Shown here: positions 20,201 to 28,745 of the stretch, piece after piece
How positions within the stretch are numbered: the stretch's first letter is position 1
How the letters are laid out: every line of letters starts with the position of its first letter
Assembly (NCBI GenBank): GCA_016285085.1
Contig: JAEEQA010000001.1
Span: 23,608-87,607, forward strand
From: Bacteroidales bacterium
GTDB lineage: Bacteria > Bacteroidota > Bacteroidia > Bacteroidales > WCHB1-69
Direction of reading: 5' to 3'
Length of the DNA: 64,000 bases
The notes under the pieces: model-generated
Seen by the model: the letters and a program-made list of their open reading frames with translations, nothing else
Told to the model about the DNA's origin: nothing
The model's database searches: none
Position numbers and translations under genes: made by a program

Positions 20201-20431
20201 CCGAATCCGGTTGGCGCATGTATATGGGTGCGAATGCCTTCGTCCTCCGCCATCGTCCGTGTCTTTGACGCAAGCGGAAGGATTGTTCTTGAGAACCGTA
20301 TCTCCGAAAAGGGCCTGCCACAGGAAAAGGATGTTAAGATTGAAGTGTCCTCGTTCAGACCGGGCGTCTATTTTGTGCAGTCTATTGGACACGATGGCGC
20401 CGTCGGACACGGGACTTTCCTGAAAAGGTAG
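17255..20431 (+). CDS. T9SS-secreted multidomain peptidoglycan hydrolase. It carries an N-acetylmuramoyl-L-alanine amidase (Amidase_2/PGRP) domain, a CUB-like domain, a LamG/jelly-roll-like region and a T9SS C-terminal sorting domain.
   Basis: Amidase motif ASAHYVVRSIDGQITQMVREADKAWHVGNSNPYTIGIEHE..HTDPGPYWNW. CUB-like segment LTDSGGPDGDYGNDERRLWLIQVDEADRITLNFSEFDLEENYDFLWIYDGN. C-terminal sorting domain LWPNPVGACIWVRM...GVYFVQS. Confidence 0.8.
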   Translation: MKNFAIFYFLILYVGILFSQGDEQQYARRLSDEIDSVLIQRYRQAAPFFTEAYHLYPSVPRGMLEAVSFTYTRFVHIKPTVYQEDENIHPSTYGLMGLTLDGRGFFRNNLHYVSDLSGFSVEDIVARPRDNVVAYAAAYAALQQKWGIHSDSFEAQIPILKALSELPLSEDSVLNFALNSSLYAIAQFVDDDLFRKETCATVGKPDYFRCFGKMLPLLRAKEVMLPADSVGDIRSDGTDYSGAIWNPAGACNYSVGRGGHSVSAVTIHYTQGTYAGSIAWFQNCTYNGVGAQASAHYVVRSIDGQITQMVREADKAWHVGNSNPYTIGIEHEAYGDIASFFTPEMYQASALLVRDICDRHGISPLRMFYRDTLDDGTVLNDGLHSLGGESACVKIRGHQHFPNQSHTDPGPYWNWNYYYKLVNDDTPVTRLESPSGILTDSGGPDGDYGNDERRLWLIQVDEADRITLNFSEFDLEENYDFLWIYDGNTVYSPLLGRWNTHSPGTVTSSGNAILVEFRSDCATTAAGWMATWRSEMTEEIPETDIVWDESQWITENLQLSFEDTDEGEIPYRFYQITGCSGGTGWTANANSGFLYNDFDGGNLRGWSVLQGQWEIADGQLCQQAMGVGGIQTDLSYNQSDAYLYEFDMTIRSCAGEAGMAGIQFFSTDNSTRPNAYRIVALPTERQIRIYRVTRGNEVLLHTVDGVTIEIGTAYKFQIVHDAPSGKFLIFRNGTLLGEWRETSSLLFVTAPSKMCFLTSGTAASFDNLCVYRSRGSSVNVSVGNTSFCDLPWQAVNGTAKAKARSVILNDRQRFSPVAEKYFKVDYTKPAFRSPVNVEVCKSGETPSSFGLSAHWNVVTDSHSGVVLYEYGIASDMRPDEIRWMGVARRPQAVIVPIFRLSDPCYIAVRALNGAGLFSKPVFSKIPQVSNVKYKRCELMEDFAKEGVSSWSYDDEDDDSESGMQGQQQKKNGDSLKKALCLWPNPVGACIWVRMPSSSAIVRVFDASGRIVLENRISEKGLPQEKDVKIEVSSFRPGVYFVQSIGHDGAVGHGTFLKR

Positions 20432-20485
20432 CTGGTTTTCCAACTGAAAATTTCAAATGGTTGTCGGGGATATGCAAAAAAGTAG

Positions 20486-20493
20486 TACTTTTG
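20486..20493 (+). promoter_or_regulatory. Bacteroidota sigma-A -7 box (TAnnTTTG) for tRNA-Gly.
   Basis: aaaaagtagTACTTTTGcag lies 32 nt upstream of the tRNA. Confidence 0.5.
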
Positions 20494-20524
20494 CAGCCGC
20501 TTTTGATATTCCTTGAAAGCGACT

Positions 20525-20600
20525 GCGGTAGTAGCTCAGTTGGTAGAGCGGCAGCTTCCCAAGCTGCAGGTCGCGGGTTCGAGACCCGTCTACCGCTCCA
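20525..20600 (+). tRNA. tRNA-Gly (anticodon CCC), CCA encoded.
   Basis: Manual cloverleaf: acceptor GCGGTAG/CTACCGC, D-arm GCTC-AGTTGGTA-GAGC, anticodon arm GCAGC-TTCCCAA-GCTGC, T-arm GCGGG-TTCGAGA-CCCGT, discriminator T, then CCA. 76 nt. Confidence 0.9.
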
Positions 20601-20734
20601 AACATTAATTTGCCGAAAAAATCCTAAATTATGGGTATCGGTTTTTAAAGTTTATTAGATATCTTTGCAGCTGATTTATCGTTAGCTGCTTTTTTGTAAA
20701 ATCACATTCAAAAAGACACATAAACCAGATTGCC

Positions 20735-21202
20735 ATGTATAATGTAGAGCTGAAAAACATTACGCTTGAAACCACACAAACCGATGTGCTTCAAGTAGTT
20801 GAAAATATTTGCGACCAATTCAAGATGGAGAACCATTTCGGCACGATTTCCACGGCCCTCCACGAAATGCTCTCCCTGATGGAACGCTTCAGTGAGGATA
20901 TAGAGGCACCTTTCACCATCAACTTTTTCGTGGAAGAGGAAAAGGTTTCGGTTCAGGTTTTAAACTATCGTCAGTGGGCGGATGTCCAACGCGCCTTTGA
21001 AACCTGTTCCGTAAACGATGCCGACGCGACCGCTTTCACCGCAAAGAGCCTTTTGGATGTGATTGAGTTCCATGACGGCGGAATTTGGATGGAAATTGAG
21101 GCCCATGTTACTGCCGACCAGCCCGACCGAGCGCAAATCCTCCATACGGAAACGGTGAAAACAGCTTTGAAAAATGAAATAAAAAGCGACATAAACCGTT
21201 AA
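20735..21202 (+). CDS. Hypothetical cytoplasmic protein (155 aa).
   Basis: ORF with a TAtcTTTG box upstream (about 20662). It is tightly followed by the OMP gene. No motif recognised. Confidence 0.5.
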   Translation: MYNVELKNITLETTQTDVLQVVENICDQFKMENHFGTISTALHEMLSLMERFSEDIEAPFTINFFVEEEKVSVQVLNYRQWADVQRAFETCSVNDADATAFTAKSLLDVIEFHDGGIWMEIEAHVTADQPDRAQILHTETVKTALKNEIKSDINR

Positions 21203-21221
21203 GAAACACAACAAAAATCCC

Positions 21222-22706
21222 ATGAATATGAAAAAATTATTGCTTTCCGTCTCGTTAACGCTGGCCGTCTTTGCCGGCGTTTTTGCACAGAACGACCTGG
21301 ATGCGTTCCGCTTTTCGCAAACCAACTGGGAAGGCACCGCCCGCTTTATGGGAGCAGGCGGCGCTTTTGGCGCTATAGGCGGCGACTTCTCCTGCCTCAG
21401 CACCAACCCCGCCGGCATCGGCGTTTTCAAGAAAACCGAAATTTCCTTCACCCCGCTGGTCATCACGGCTTACAAGACCAACTCCGACTATTCCGGTGAG
21501 TCTTCTCCCGCCAGCCGTGTTCGCTACAGCGTGACCAATTTCGGCGCCGTGTTCGCCCTTCCCCTCAACAAGGATGTTGAGAATCCTGTTTCCAAGTGGC
21601 GGACGACCCAATTCGGATTCGGCTACAACCGCATCATGGATTTCAACAACCTTACGTACGCCACAGGGAGGAGCAACGGCAATTCCATCGCCACTGGTTT
21701 CGTGAACGCAGCCAACGGCGCCAGTTACGGCAACCTCGAAGGTGACGCCCTCTGTGCATGGAATACGTGGATCATTGACACGGTTCCCGGCGAAACGAGC
21801 CAGTACCGTGAGTTCCTGTCCAGCCACAGTCTCCGCCAGAGCAACTATGTGAGAACCAAGGGAGGCATCGATGAAATGGCCTTCTCTTTTGGCGGCAACT
21901 ACGACGACAAACTGTTCCTCGGACTCACAATCGGCGTACCCGTTCTGGATTATACAAGCGAAACCGAGTACATTGAAGAAGACGAAAACAATGTGGCCGG
22001 AAGTTTTGACAAACTTGATATTTATGACCGATTGCACACTTCAGGCGTTGGCGTGAATGCCAAGTTCGGCGTCATCTACCAGCCTGTTTCATTCCTCCGC
22101 ATCGGTGCCGCTTTCCACACCCCGACCTATTACGGCAATTTGAAGGAAACGTTTGAAAGGGAAATGTCAAGCCGTTTCGTGGAAGAAGACAATATTGATG
22201 AGTATGAGCACTCCTACGACAATATTTCCAAGTATAAACTGAGCACACCGCTCCGTGCCATCGGAAGCGTCGGTTTTGTCATTGCCAAACGTGCCTTTAT
22301 CAGTGCAGAGTATGAGTTCACCGACTATGGAATGGCAACGCTTTATTCTTCTGACAACTTCCGTTATCGCTACAACTTCACGGAGGAGAACCTGGAAATC
22401 TCGAAGAAATACCGTTCCTGCCACTCCATCCGCGTGGGCGGCGAGCTGACCGTCACCAACTTCTTCTTGATCCGCCTCGGCTACGGTTACAGCACTTCCC
22501 CCTTCAAGGACGGTGCCAACGACGGTTCCGCACACACCGCTTCCGGCGGTATCGGCTTCCGCGGCAAGATATTCTTCTGCGATTTCACCTACCAGTTCCG
22601 CCACTACGGCCAGAACTACTGGTTCTATCCCTCCGAAACACTCGAACCGGTTGCCACCACTAACAATTCCCACCGTTTCGTTGCCACATTGGGCGTGAAA
22701 TTCTAA
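21222..22706 (+). CDS. Outer-membrane beta-barrel protein, FadL/OmpP1-like transport family (tentative).
   Basis: Signal peptide ..LAVFAGVFAQ. N-terminal GTARFMGAGGAFGAIGGDFSCLSTNPAGIG motif is typical of FadL-like barrels. C-terminal strand ends in F. Confidence 0.6.
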   Translation: MNMKKLLLSVSLTLAVFAGVFAQNDLDAFRFSQTNWEGTARFMGAGGAFGAIGGDFSCLSTNPAGIGVFKKTEISFTPLVITAYKTNSDYSGESSPASRVRYSVTNFGAVFALPLNKDVENPVSKWRTTQFGFGYNRIMDFNNLTYATGRSNGNSIATGFVNAANGASYGNLEGDALCAWNTWIIDTVPGETSQYREFLSSHSLRQSNYVRTKGGIDEMAFSFGGNYDDKLFLGLTIGVPVLDYTSETEYIEEDENNVAGSFDKLDIYDRLHTSGVGVNAKFGVIYQPVSFLRIGAAFHTPTYYGNLKETFEREMSSRFVEEDNIDEYEHSYDNISKYKLSTPLRAIGSVGFVIAKRAFISAEYEFTDYGMATLYSSDNFRYRYNFTEENLEISKKYRSCHSIRVGGELTVTNFFLIRLGYGYSTSPFKDGANDGSAHTASGGIGFRGKIFFCDFTYQFRHYGQNYWFYPSETLEPVATTNNSHRFVATLGVKF

Positions 22707-22727
22707 CATTCAGTGAATTTGAGCGTT

Positions 22728-23330
22728 ATGCAAGAGCTTCAACGCTATGTTGAAGAACACATCATCCCGTTGTACGACCATTTCGACAAGGCGCACCAAC
22801 GGGATCATGTGTATATGGTAATCCGGCAAAGTTTGGATTTGGCCGCTCACATGGAGGTGGATAGGGATATGGTGTATGCGATTGCGGCCTACCACGACAT
22901 TGGTTTGTGCGAGGGGCGGGAACTTCACCACGAGGTGTCGGCGCGGATGCTGCTGGCGGATACAGAATTGCGGAAGTGGTTTTCGGAAAGTCAGTTACAG
23001 ACGATGGCCGAGGCAGTGGAGGACCACCGGGCCTCTTCCGACCATGCCCCACGGTCGCTTTACGGCCGCATTGTGGCGGAAGCCGACCGTTTCATCGACC
23101 CCGACACCATCATCCGCCGCACGGTGCAGTACGGTTTGGAACACTATCCGGAATTGGACAAGGAGGGACATTACCAACGGACGCTCCAGCATTTGCACGA
23201 AAAGTACGGACGCGGCGGCTACCTTCATCTCTGGTTCGACAACTCACCCAATGCCGAACGCCTTGAAAAACTCCGGCAAATGATGGAGGACGAGGCCCTG
23301 TTGCGGCAAAAGTTCGAGGAATATTTTTAG
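22728..23330 (+). CDS. HD-domain phosphohydrolase.
   Basis: H..HD motif (AHQRDHV, AAYHDIG) and EDHR. Confidence 0.7.
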   Translation: MQELQRYVEEHIIPLYDHFDKAHQRDHVYMVIRQSLDLAAHMEVDRDMVYAIAAYHDIGLCEGRELHHEVSARMLLADTELRKWFSESQLQTMAEAVEDHRASSDHAPRSLYGRIVAEADRFIDPDTIIRRTVQYGLEHYPELDKEGHYQRTLQHLHEKYGRGGYLHLWFDNSPNAERLEKLRQMMEDEALLRQKFEEYF

Positions 23331-24448
23331 GAAAACAATTCCATTGCCACGGCATCAGCGAAAAGACGCCCGGCACGGGTGAGAAAGATTTGATTCTTAT
23401 TTAAAACGAAATAATCCTTTTTAACGGTTTCCAATTGTTTGAGAAACCGTTTTTTATATTCTTCGCCAAACAATGCCATCAGTTCGTCAAGGTTAAGTCC
23501 GGCATTGGTCCGGAGGCGCAGGAGCACCATTTCGTTGTACTGCGTGTCGGTGTCGAGTGTTTCGGACTCCCTCATCGGCTCGCCCCGCAACATCCCGTCA
23601 ATGTACTGGCGCAGATTGGCCACGTTCCACCGGCGGACATTCCCGCGGTAGGAGTGGGCGGACGCCCCCAACCCGAGGTAGGGCGTGCGGGTCCAGTACG
23701 CATAGTTGTGCCGTGAAACCATGCAGCCTTTGGCATAGTTCGAAATCTCGTACTGCTCAAAACCAGCCGCCTCCGTCAGTTCCAACAGCAGGTTGTAGTC
23801 CCGTTCCGTGTCGCACTCGTCCGGCACAAATGGCTTTCCTCCCGCCACCTGCCGCGCCAGGATCGTGTTCTCCTCCACGGTGAGAGAATATGCCGATAAA
23901 TGGCAGATTGGTAATGACAGTGCCGTGCGTAAGTCGCTTTCCCAGATTGCTTTCGTACGGAAGGCGATGTCGTAGATGAGGTCGATCGAGAGGTTCGTAA
24001 AGCCGGCTTCGGCCGCATTTTGCACCGCGGTGACGGCTTCGGCGGCGCTGTGCCGACGATTGAGCAAGCGCAGGATTTCATCGTTGAAGGATTGTACCCC
24101 GATGCTCAACCGGTTAATGCCCAATTCACGGAGACTTCGGAGGTACTCTGGCGTCAGCTGCTCCGGATTGGCCTCCATCGTGAACTCAAAACCATCCTTG
24201 AAATGATAGTATTTTTGAAGTTCTTGGAGGATTCTGTCCAATTCTTCGGGAGTGCAAAGCGAGGGCGTTCCTCCGCCAAAATACAGTGTATCAATATTTT
24301 TTACTGGAAGAAAATCCTGTGTCAATGCCATTTCTTGGCAGAGCGCATCCCAATAAGCCGCTTTCTCCTTTTGGGAGGCCACGGAGTAAAAGCTGCAGTA
24401 GATGCACTTTTGTTTGCAGAAAGGGATATGGACGTAGATTCCAGCCAC
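23327..24448 (-). CDS. hemW: Radical SAM heme chaperone HemW / coproporphyrinogen-III-oxidase-like protein.
   Basis: YVHIPFCKQKCIYCSF (CxxxCxxC), GGGTPS, and a HemN_C-like C-terminus. Confidence 0.85.
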   Translation of the reverse strand: MAGIYVHIPFCKQKCIYCSFYSVASQKEKAAYWDALCQEMALTQDFLPVKNIDTLYFGGGTPSLCTPEELDRILQELQKYYHFKDGFEFTMEANPEQLTPEYLRSLRELGINRLSIGVQSFNDEILRLLNRRHSAAEAVTAVQNAAEAGFTNLSIDLIYDIAFRTKAIWESDLRTALSLPICHLSAYSLTVEENTILARQVAGGKPFVPDECDTERDYNLLLELTEAAGFEQYEISNYAKGCMVSRHNYAYWTRTPYLGLGASAHSYRGNVRRWNVANLRQYIDGMLRGEPMRESETLDTDTQYNEMVLLRLRTNAGLNLDELMALFGEEYKKRFLKQLETVKKDYFVLNKNQIFLTRAGRLFADAVAMELFS

Positions 24449-24454
24449 GGCAGC

Positions 24455-26506
24455 TTACTGGACGGTACTACCGGCATTGATGTTCTTTGCCGGCTGCATC
24501 AGCGAGAGACTGCCGTCGGCGTTGGCGGCCATCAGCACCATGCCGTGCGACTTCACCCCTTTGATCTCCTTGGGCGCGAGGTTGATGAGCATCAGCACCT
24601 GCTTGCCCACGAGGGTTTCGGGTTCGTAGTATTCGGCGATGCCGGACACGATTTCGCGGGTGTCCACGCCTGTGTTGACCTTGAGCTTCAGCAACTTCTT
24701 GGTCTTCGGCACGCGTTCAGCCTCCAAGACGGTGACGACACGGAGGTCCATTTTCTGGAAATCGTCGTAGGTGATGTCCTCCTTGGCGGGTGTGGCAGGC
24801 GCGTTGGCCAGCTGGTTGGCCTTCTTTGCATCCTCCAGTTTCTTCACCTGTGCGGCGATGGCGTCGTCCTCTACCTTCACGAACAGCAGTTCCGCCTCAT
24901 TGACTTTGTCACCGGCTTTGAGCAGGTCGGTGCGACCGCCGTCGTTCCAGTTCTTGTTGTTGAGGTTTAACATTTTCTGCAATTTTTCGGCAGAGAAAGG
25001 AAGGAACGGTTCGCAAAGTACCGACAAGCTGGCGCAAATCTGGAGCGAGAGGTGCAGAATCGTCTTCACATATTCGGGATCCTCCTTCTGCTTCTTCCAC
25101 GGCTCGGTTTCGGTGAGGTACTTGTTGCCGAGGCGGGCGAGGTTCATCAGTTCGGCCTGTGCCTCGCGGAAACGGTATTTTTCGATGCTTTCGCCGATGC
25201 GCTGCGGGAATTCCGCCACCTTCGCCATCACCTCTTTCTCAAGGTCGGTAACCGGTCCCATTTCGGGAATGATGCCGCCGTAGTACTTGTGTGTCAGTAC
25301 AATCGTGCGGTTGACGAGGTTGCCGAAGATGGCCAGCAGCTCGTTGTTGTTCTTGGCCTGGAAATCGCTCCATGTGAAGTCGGAATCCTTGGTTTCCGGC
25401 GCGATGGAGGTGAGCATGTAGCGGAGGGTGTCCTGCTTGCCGGGGAAGTCCTGAAGGTACTCGTGCAGCCAGACGGCCCAGTTGCGTGAAGTGGAAATCT
25501 TGTCCCCTTCAAGGTTCAAGAACTCGTTGGCGGGCACGTTTTCAGGGAGAATGTAACTGCCTTCCGCTTTCAGCATGCAGGGGAAGATGATGCAGTGGAA
25601 CACGATATTATCTTTTCCTATAAAATGAACCAACTGGGTGTCAGGATCTTTCCACCATTTTTCCCAATCGGTGCGGCCCTGTGCGGCGGTCCACTCCTTG
25701 GTGGCGGAGATGTAACCGATGGGTGCGTCGAACCAGACGTACAGCACCTTGCCCTCGGCTTCGGGGAGCGGCACTTTCACGCCCCACGAAAGGTCGCGGG
25801 TGACGGCGCGGGGATGCAGTCCCGCCTCAATCCACGACTTGCACTGACCGTACACATTCACTTTCCAATCGTCCTTGTGCCCGTTCAGAATCCACTCTTT
25901 CAGCCACGGTTCGTACTCATTCAGAGGAAGATACCAGTGTTTTGTCTCCTTCATCACCGGCGGGTTGCCGCTGAGGGTGGATTTCGGGTTGATGAGGTCG
26001 GTGGCGTTCAGGGTGGCGCCGCACGCCTCGCACTGGTCGCCGTACGCCTTCTCGTTGTGGCAGTGGGGGCACTCGCCCGTGATGTAGCGGTCGGCAAGGA
26101 ACTGTTTCGCCTCCTCGTCATAGTATTGCTGGGAGGTCTGTTCCACCAGTTTTCCTTCATTATAGAGCTTGGTGAAGTAGGCGGCGGCCGTTTCGTGGTG
26201 GGTGGGGTTGGAAGTGCGGGAATAGATGTCGAACGAAATTCCCAACTCCTTGAACGACTGCTTGATGATGTTGTGGTAGCGATCCACAATATCCTGCGGG
26301 GTTACGCCTTCCTTGCGGGCTTTGAGGGTGATGGGCACGCCGTGCTCGTCAGAGCCGCCGAGGAACAGCACCTCTTTGCCGTTGTTGCGGAGGTAGCGGG
26401 CGTAGATGTCGGCAGGGATGTAAACGCCGGCAAGGTGGCCGATATGGACGGGGCCGTTGGCATACGGCAGCGCGGATGTGATGGTGTAACGCACAGGATT
26501 TTTCAT
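24455..26506 (-). CDS. metG: Methionine--tRNA ligase with C-terminal tRNA-binding (EMAP/Trbp111-like) domain.
   Basis: [14 protein letters not shown] (HIGH), Zn knuckle [25 protein letters not shown] (KMSKS). I prefer the ATG at 26506. Confidence 0.9.
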   Translation of the reverse strand: MKNPVRYTITSALPYANGPVHIGHLAGVYIPADIYARYLRNNGKEVLFLGGSDEHGVPITLKARKEGVTPQDIVDRYHNIIKQSFKELGISFDIYSRTSNPTHHETAAAYFTKLYNEGKLVEQTSQQYYDEEAKQFLADRYITGECPHCHNEKAYGDQCEACGATLNATDLINPKSTLSGNPPVMKETKHWYLPLNEYEPWLKEWILNGHKDDWKVNVYGQCKSWIEAGLHPRAVTRDLSWGVKVPLPEAEGKVLYVWFDAPIGYISATKEWTAAQGRTDWEKWWKDPDTQLVHFIGKDNIVFHCIIFPCMLKAEGSYILPENVPANEFLNLEGDKISTSRNWAVWLHEYLQDFPGKQDTLRYMLTSIAPETKDSDFTWSDFQAKNNNELLAIFGNLVNRTIVLTHKYYGGIIPEMGPVTDLEKEVMAKVAEFPQRIGESIEKYRFREAQAELMNLARLGNKYLTETEPWKKQKEDPEYVKTILHLSLQICASLSVLCEPFLPFSAEKLQKMLNLNNKNWNDGGRTDLLKAGDKVNEAELLFVKVEDDAIAAQVKKLEDAKKANQLANAPATPAKEDITYDDFQKMDLRVVTVLEAERVPKTKKLLKLKVNTGVDTREIVSGIAEYYEPETLVGKQVLMLINLAPKEIKGVKSHGMVLMAANADGSLSLMQPAKNINAGSTVQ

Positions 26507-26525
26507 GTCTGTTTTTATTTTAAAA

Positions 26526-26660
26526 GAGACGCACAAAACGCGCGTCTCGATATGGTTTCATTTGTTGTGGATGCGTAAATATGCAGAGACGCATCTTTAT
26601 TGTAATTTGTAGAGACGAAAAACATCTCATTGTAGAGACGCAAAATTTTGCGTCTCTACA
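26526..26660. repeat. Cluster of GAGACG/CGTCTC motifs, including a perfect 30-bp GTAG-capped palindrome (26631-26660).
   Basis: GAGACGCacaaaacgcGCGTCTC (26526-26548). AGAGACG occurs at 26585, 26611 and 26634. TGTAGAGACGCAAAATTTTGCGTCTCTACA. Confidence 0.8.
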
Positions 26661-26667
26661 GGGTTTC

Positions 26668-27864
26668 TTAATACAAGAAGCTCAGGAGTACACCGGCGGC
26701 GACGGCGCTACCGATAACGCCGGCCACGTTGGGACCCATGGCGTGCATCAGGAGGTAGTTGGTCTTGTCGTATTTCAAACCTTCCACGTTGGAAACACGC
26801 GCGCTGTCGGGCACGGCAGACACGCCGGAGTTACCGATGAGCGGGTTGATCTTGTTGCCTTCCTTGAGGAAAACGTTGAACAGTTTGACGAACAAAACGC
26901 CCGTGGCCGTAGCGATGACGAACGAGACGGCACCGAGGAAGAAAATCAGCACCGACTTGTAGTTCAGGAAGGTGGATGCCTGTGTGGAGCAACCCACGGT
27001 CAAGCCGATGAGGATGGTGACGATGTCGATGAGGGCGTTGGAAGCGGTGTTGGCCAAACGCTTGGTCACGCCGCTTTCTTTCAGCAGGTTACCGAAGAAA
27101 AGCATACCCAGGAGGGGCAGACCCGTCGGAACGATGAAAGCGGTGAGGAGGATACAGAGGATGGGGAAGAGCACCTTCTCTCTGTGGGTGACGACGCGGG
27201 GCGGGCGCATGCGGATGCGGCGTTCCTTGTCGTTGGTGAGCCAGCGCATGATGGGCGGCTGGATCACCGGCACCAGCGCCATGTAGGAGTAAGCCGAGAT
27301 GGCGATGGCACCCATGAGGCTCGGGGCGAGTTTCGAGGAGATGAAGATGGCCGTCGGGCCGTCGGCGCCGCCGATGATACCGATAGCGCCAGCCTCCATC
27401 GGGGTGAAACCGAGGTGCAGAGCGATGATGTAGGCACCGAAGATACCGAACTGCGCCGCCGCACCGATGAGGATCAGCTTCGGGTTGGAAATCAGGGCGG
27501 AGAAGTCGGTCATAGCACCGATACCCAGGAAGATGAGCGGGGGATAGAACCCCTTCAACACGCCGAAATACAGGTAGTTGAGCACGGCGCCGTTCTCATA
27601 GACACCCACCTGCAAACCGTCGGTGAACGGGATGTTACCGACGATGATACCGAAGCCGATAGGGATCAACAGCATCGGTTCGTACTCTTTCAAAATGGCC
27701 AGGGCGATGAAGAACGCACCGATGGCAATCATGATGATGTTGCCCAATTCGGCGTTGGAGAAACCCGTGTAGCTCCAGAACTGCTGGATGCCGCCGATGA
27801 GGCTGTGCATGAATCCACTGCCTGCCTCCAATTTCAGCAAGCCGGACAAGATAAGACTGTTCAT
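26668..27864 (-). CDS. Sodium-ion-translocating decarboxylase beta subunit (OadB/MmdB family).
   Basis: 398-aa polytopic membrane protein. N-terminus and the PIGFGIIVGNIPF.., GIGAMTDFS, GGADGPTAIF blocks are typical of OadB/MmdB. Confidence 0.8.
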   Translation of the reverse strand: MNSLILSGLLKLEAGSGFMHSLIGGIQQFWSYTGFSNAELGNIIMIAIGAFFIALAILKEYEPMLLIPIGFGIIVGNIPFTDGLQVGVYENGAVLNYLYFGVLKGFYPPLIFLGIGAMTDFSALISNPKLILIGAAAQFGIFGAYIIALHLGFTPMEAGAIGIIGGADGPTAIFISSKLAPSLMGAIAISAYSYMALVPVIQPPIMRWLTNDKERRIRMRPPRVVTHREKVLFPILCILLTAFIVPTGLPLLGMLFFGNLLKESGVTKRLANTASNALIDIVTILIGLTVGCSTQASTFLNYKSVLIFFLGAVSFVIATATGVLFVKLFNVFLKEGNKINPLIGNSGVSAVPDSARVSNVEGLKYDKTNYLLMHAMGPNVAGVIGSAVAAGVLLSFLY

Positions 27865-27891
27865 AAAGTATTATACAATTTGATAATTATT

Positions 27892-28302
27892 CTATTTGTT
27901 GGGGTTCTCGCAGAACTCGGTCAGCACGCCGCCGGTGCTTTTCGGGTGGAGGAAGCCGATCATGAGGCCTTCCGCGCCCGGGCGGGGGGTCTTGTCGATG
28001 AGGCGCACGCCCTTCTCTTCCACTTCCTTCAGTGCGTTGGCGGCATTGTCCACGCAGAAAGCCACGTGGTGGATGCCCTCACCGCGCTTCTCGATGAAGG
28101 AGGCGATGGTGCTTTCGGGGCAGGTAGGCTCCAAAAGCTCGATTTTGGTCTGTCCCACCATGAAGAAGGCGGTCTTCACCTTCTGGTCGACGACCTCTTC
28201 CGTAGCGTAGCACTTCACGCCAAGGATGTTTTCGTAATAGGGAATTGCATCCGCCAAACTCTTCACGGCGATGCCAAGGTGTTCAATATGTGATATTTGC
28301 AT
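27892..28302 (-). CDS. mce: Methylmalonyl-CoA epimerase (VOC/glyoxalase fold).
   Basis: MQISHIEHLGIAVKSL..KIELLEP..GEGIHHVAFCVDN.. . I prefer the ATG at 28302. A TActTTTG box lies upstream (minus strand, about 28337-28344). Confidence 0.8.
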   Translation of the reverse strand: MQISHIEHLGIAVKSLADAIPYYENILGVKCYATEEVVDQKVKTAFFMVGQTKIELLEPTCPESTIASFIEKRGEGIHHVAFCVDNAANALKEVEEKGVRLIDKTPRPGAEGLMIGFLHPKSTGGVLTEFCENPNK

Positions 28303-28385
28303 AGTAAAAAGATTTGTCCATTTTAGGCGTGCAAAAGTAAGAAAATTATTGATACTCTTCACGCTTGAAACGTCCATTTTTTACT

Positions 28386-28547
28386 GCAAAAATTGCAAGG
28401 CGATGTGCGACTTCGGAGTCGAGCCGTATTTCTGAAAGTATTGTTTTATTTGCACTCACCTCGGAGAGGTGATATTTTATTAGCCCCAAATAAGGTCGTC
28501 GCACCCGATTTTCTCCGAAAAATACCGACCTCATCACCTTGATTTGG
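28386..28547. repeat. Copy 1 of a hairpin-rich, about 150-160-nt conserved element (candidate structured RNA or recombination site).
   Basis: It shares blocks AATTGCAAGGCG, TGCGACTTCGG and GCACTC with copy 2. Hairpins are GCAA-aaa-TTGC, CACCTC-GGA-GAGGTG and CCAAAT...ATTTGG. Confidence 0.5.
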
Positions 28548-28745
28548 CATAATCACTTCAAATCCCGAAAACCTATTTTTTTACAAATCTTATATTTTTT
28601 TGTCAAAACACTGTTACTTTTTATTGAAACTATGTAATTTTTTATTTTTATGATTTTCAATGAAATATTTTCAAAAACACCTTGACAAAAGGGGTATTGT
28701 TGTTGTATCTTTGCAAACAAGAAAATTTCATTAAAATTTGCAATT

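Noticed and set aside
20735-21202. Possible anti-sigma/HATPase-like regulator upstream of the FadL-like OMP.
   Set aside because: I could not identify N-box or G-box ATP-binding motifs or any other diagnostic signature. It is left as hypothetical.
26581-28293. Long plus-strand ORF (570 aa). Similar long antisense ORFs occur at 47716-49875, 44077-45780, 8644-10032, 6698-7738, 29619-30794, 54357-55517 and 10281-11552.
   Set aside because: Each lies antisense to a gene with clear family motifs (oadB-like/mce, hppA, mrdA, transketolase, recQ and others). Their translations are low-complexity (G/E/D/H/V/A/R-rich) with no recognisable motifs. This is typical of shadow ORFs in GC-rich coding DNA.
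28418-28450. Group II intron domain V look-alike (GAGCCGTAT..GAAA) inside element copy 1.
   Set aside because: The 3' strand (GTATTGTTTT) is not complementary to GAGCCGTAT. There is no GUGYG 5' end and no reverse-transcriptase/maturase ORF, and the motif is not conserved in copy 2.
28346-28537. Minus-strand small ORFs overlapping the two element copies (63 aa at 28346-28537; 86-134 aa at 29241-29649), with weak mutual similarity (..YLGLI..).
   Set aside because: The similarity follows from the nucleotide homology. Substitutions are arranged as compensatory stem pairs rather than third-position changes. I noticed no clear TAnnTTTG box placed to serve either ORF, and the second ORF runs through the GC-rich hairpin tract. 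They are treated as non-coding, but the finding lists this as the refutation test.
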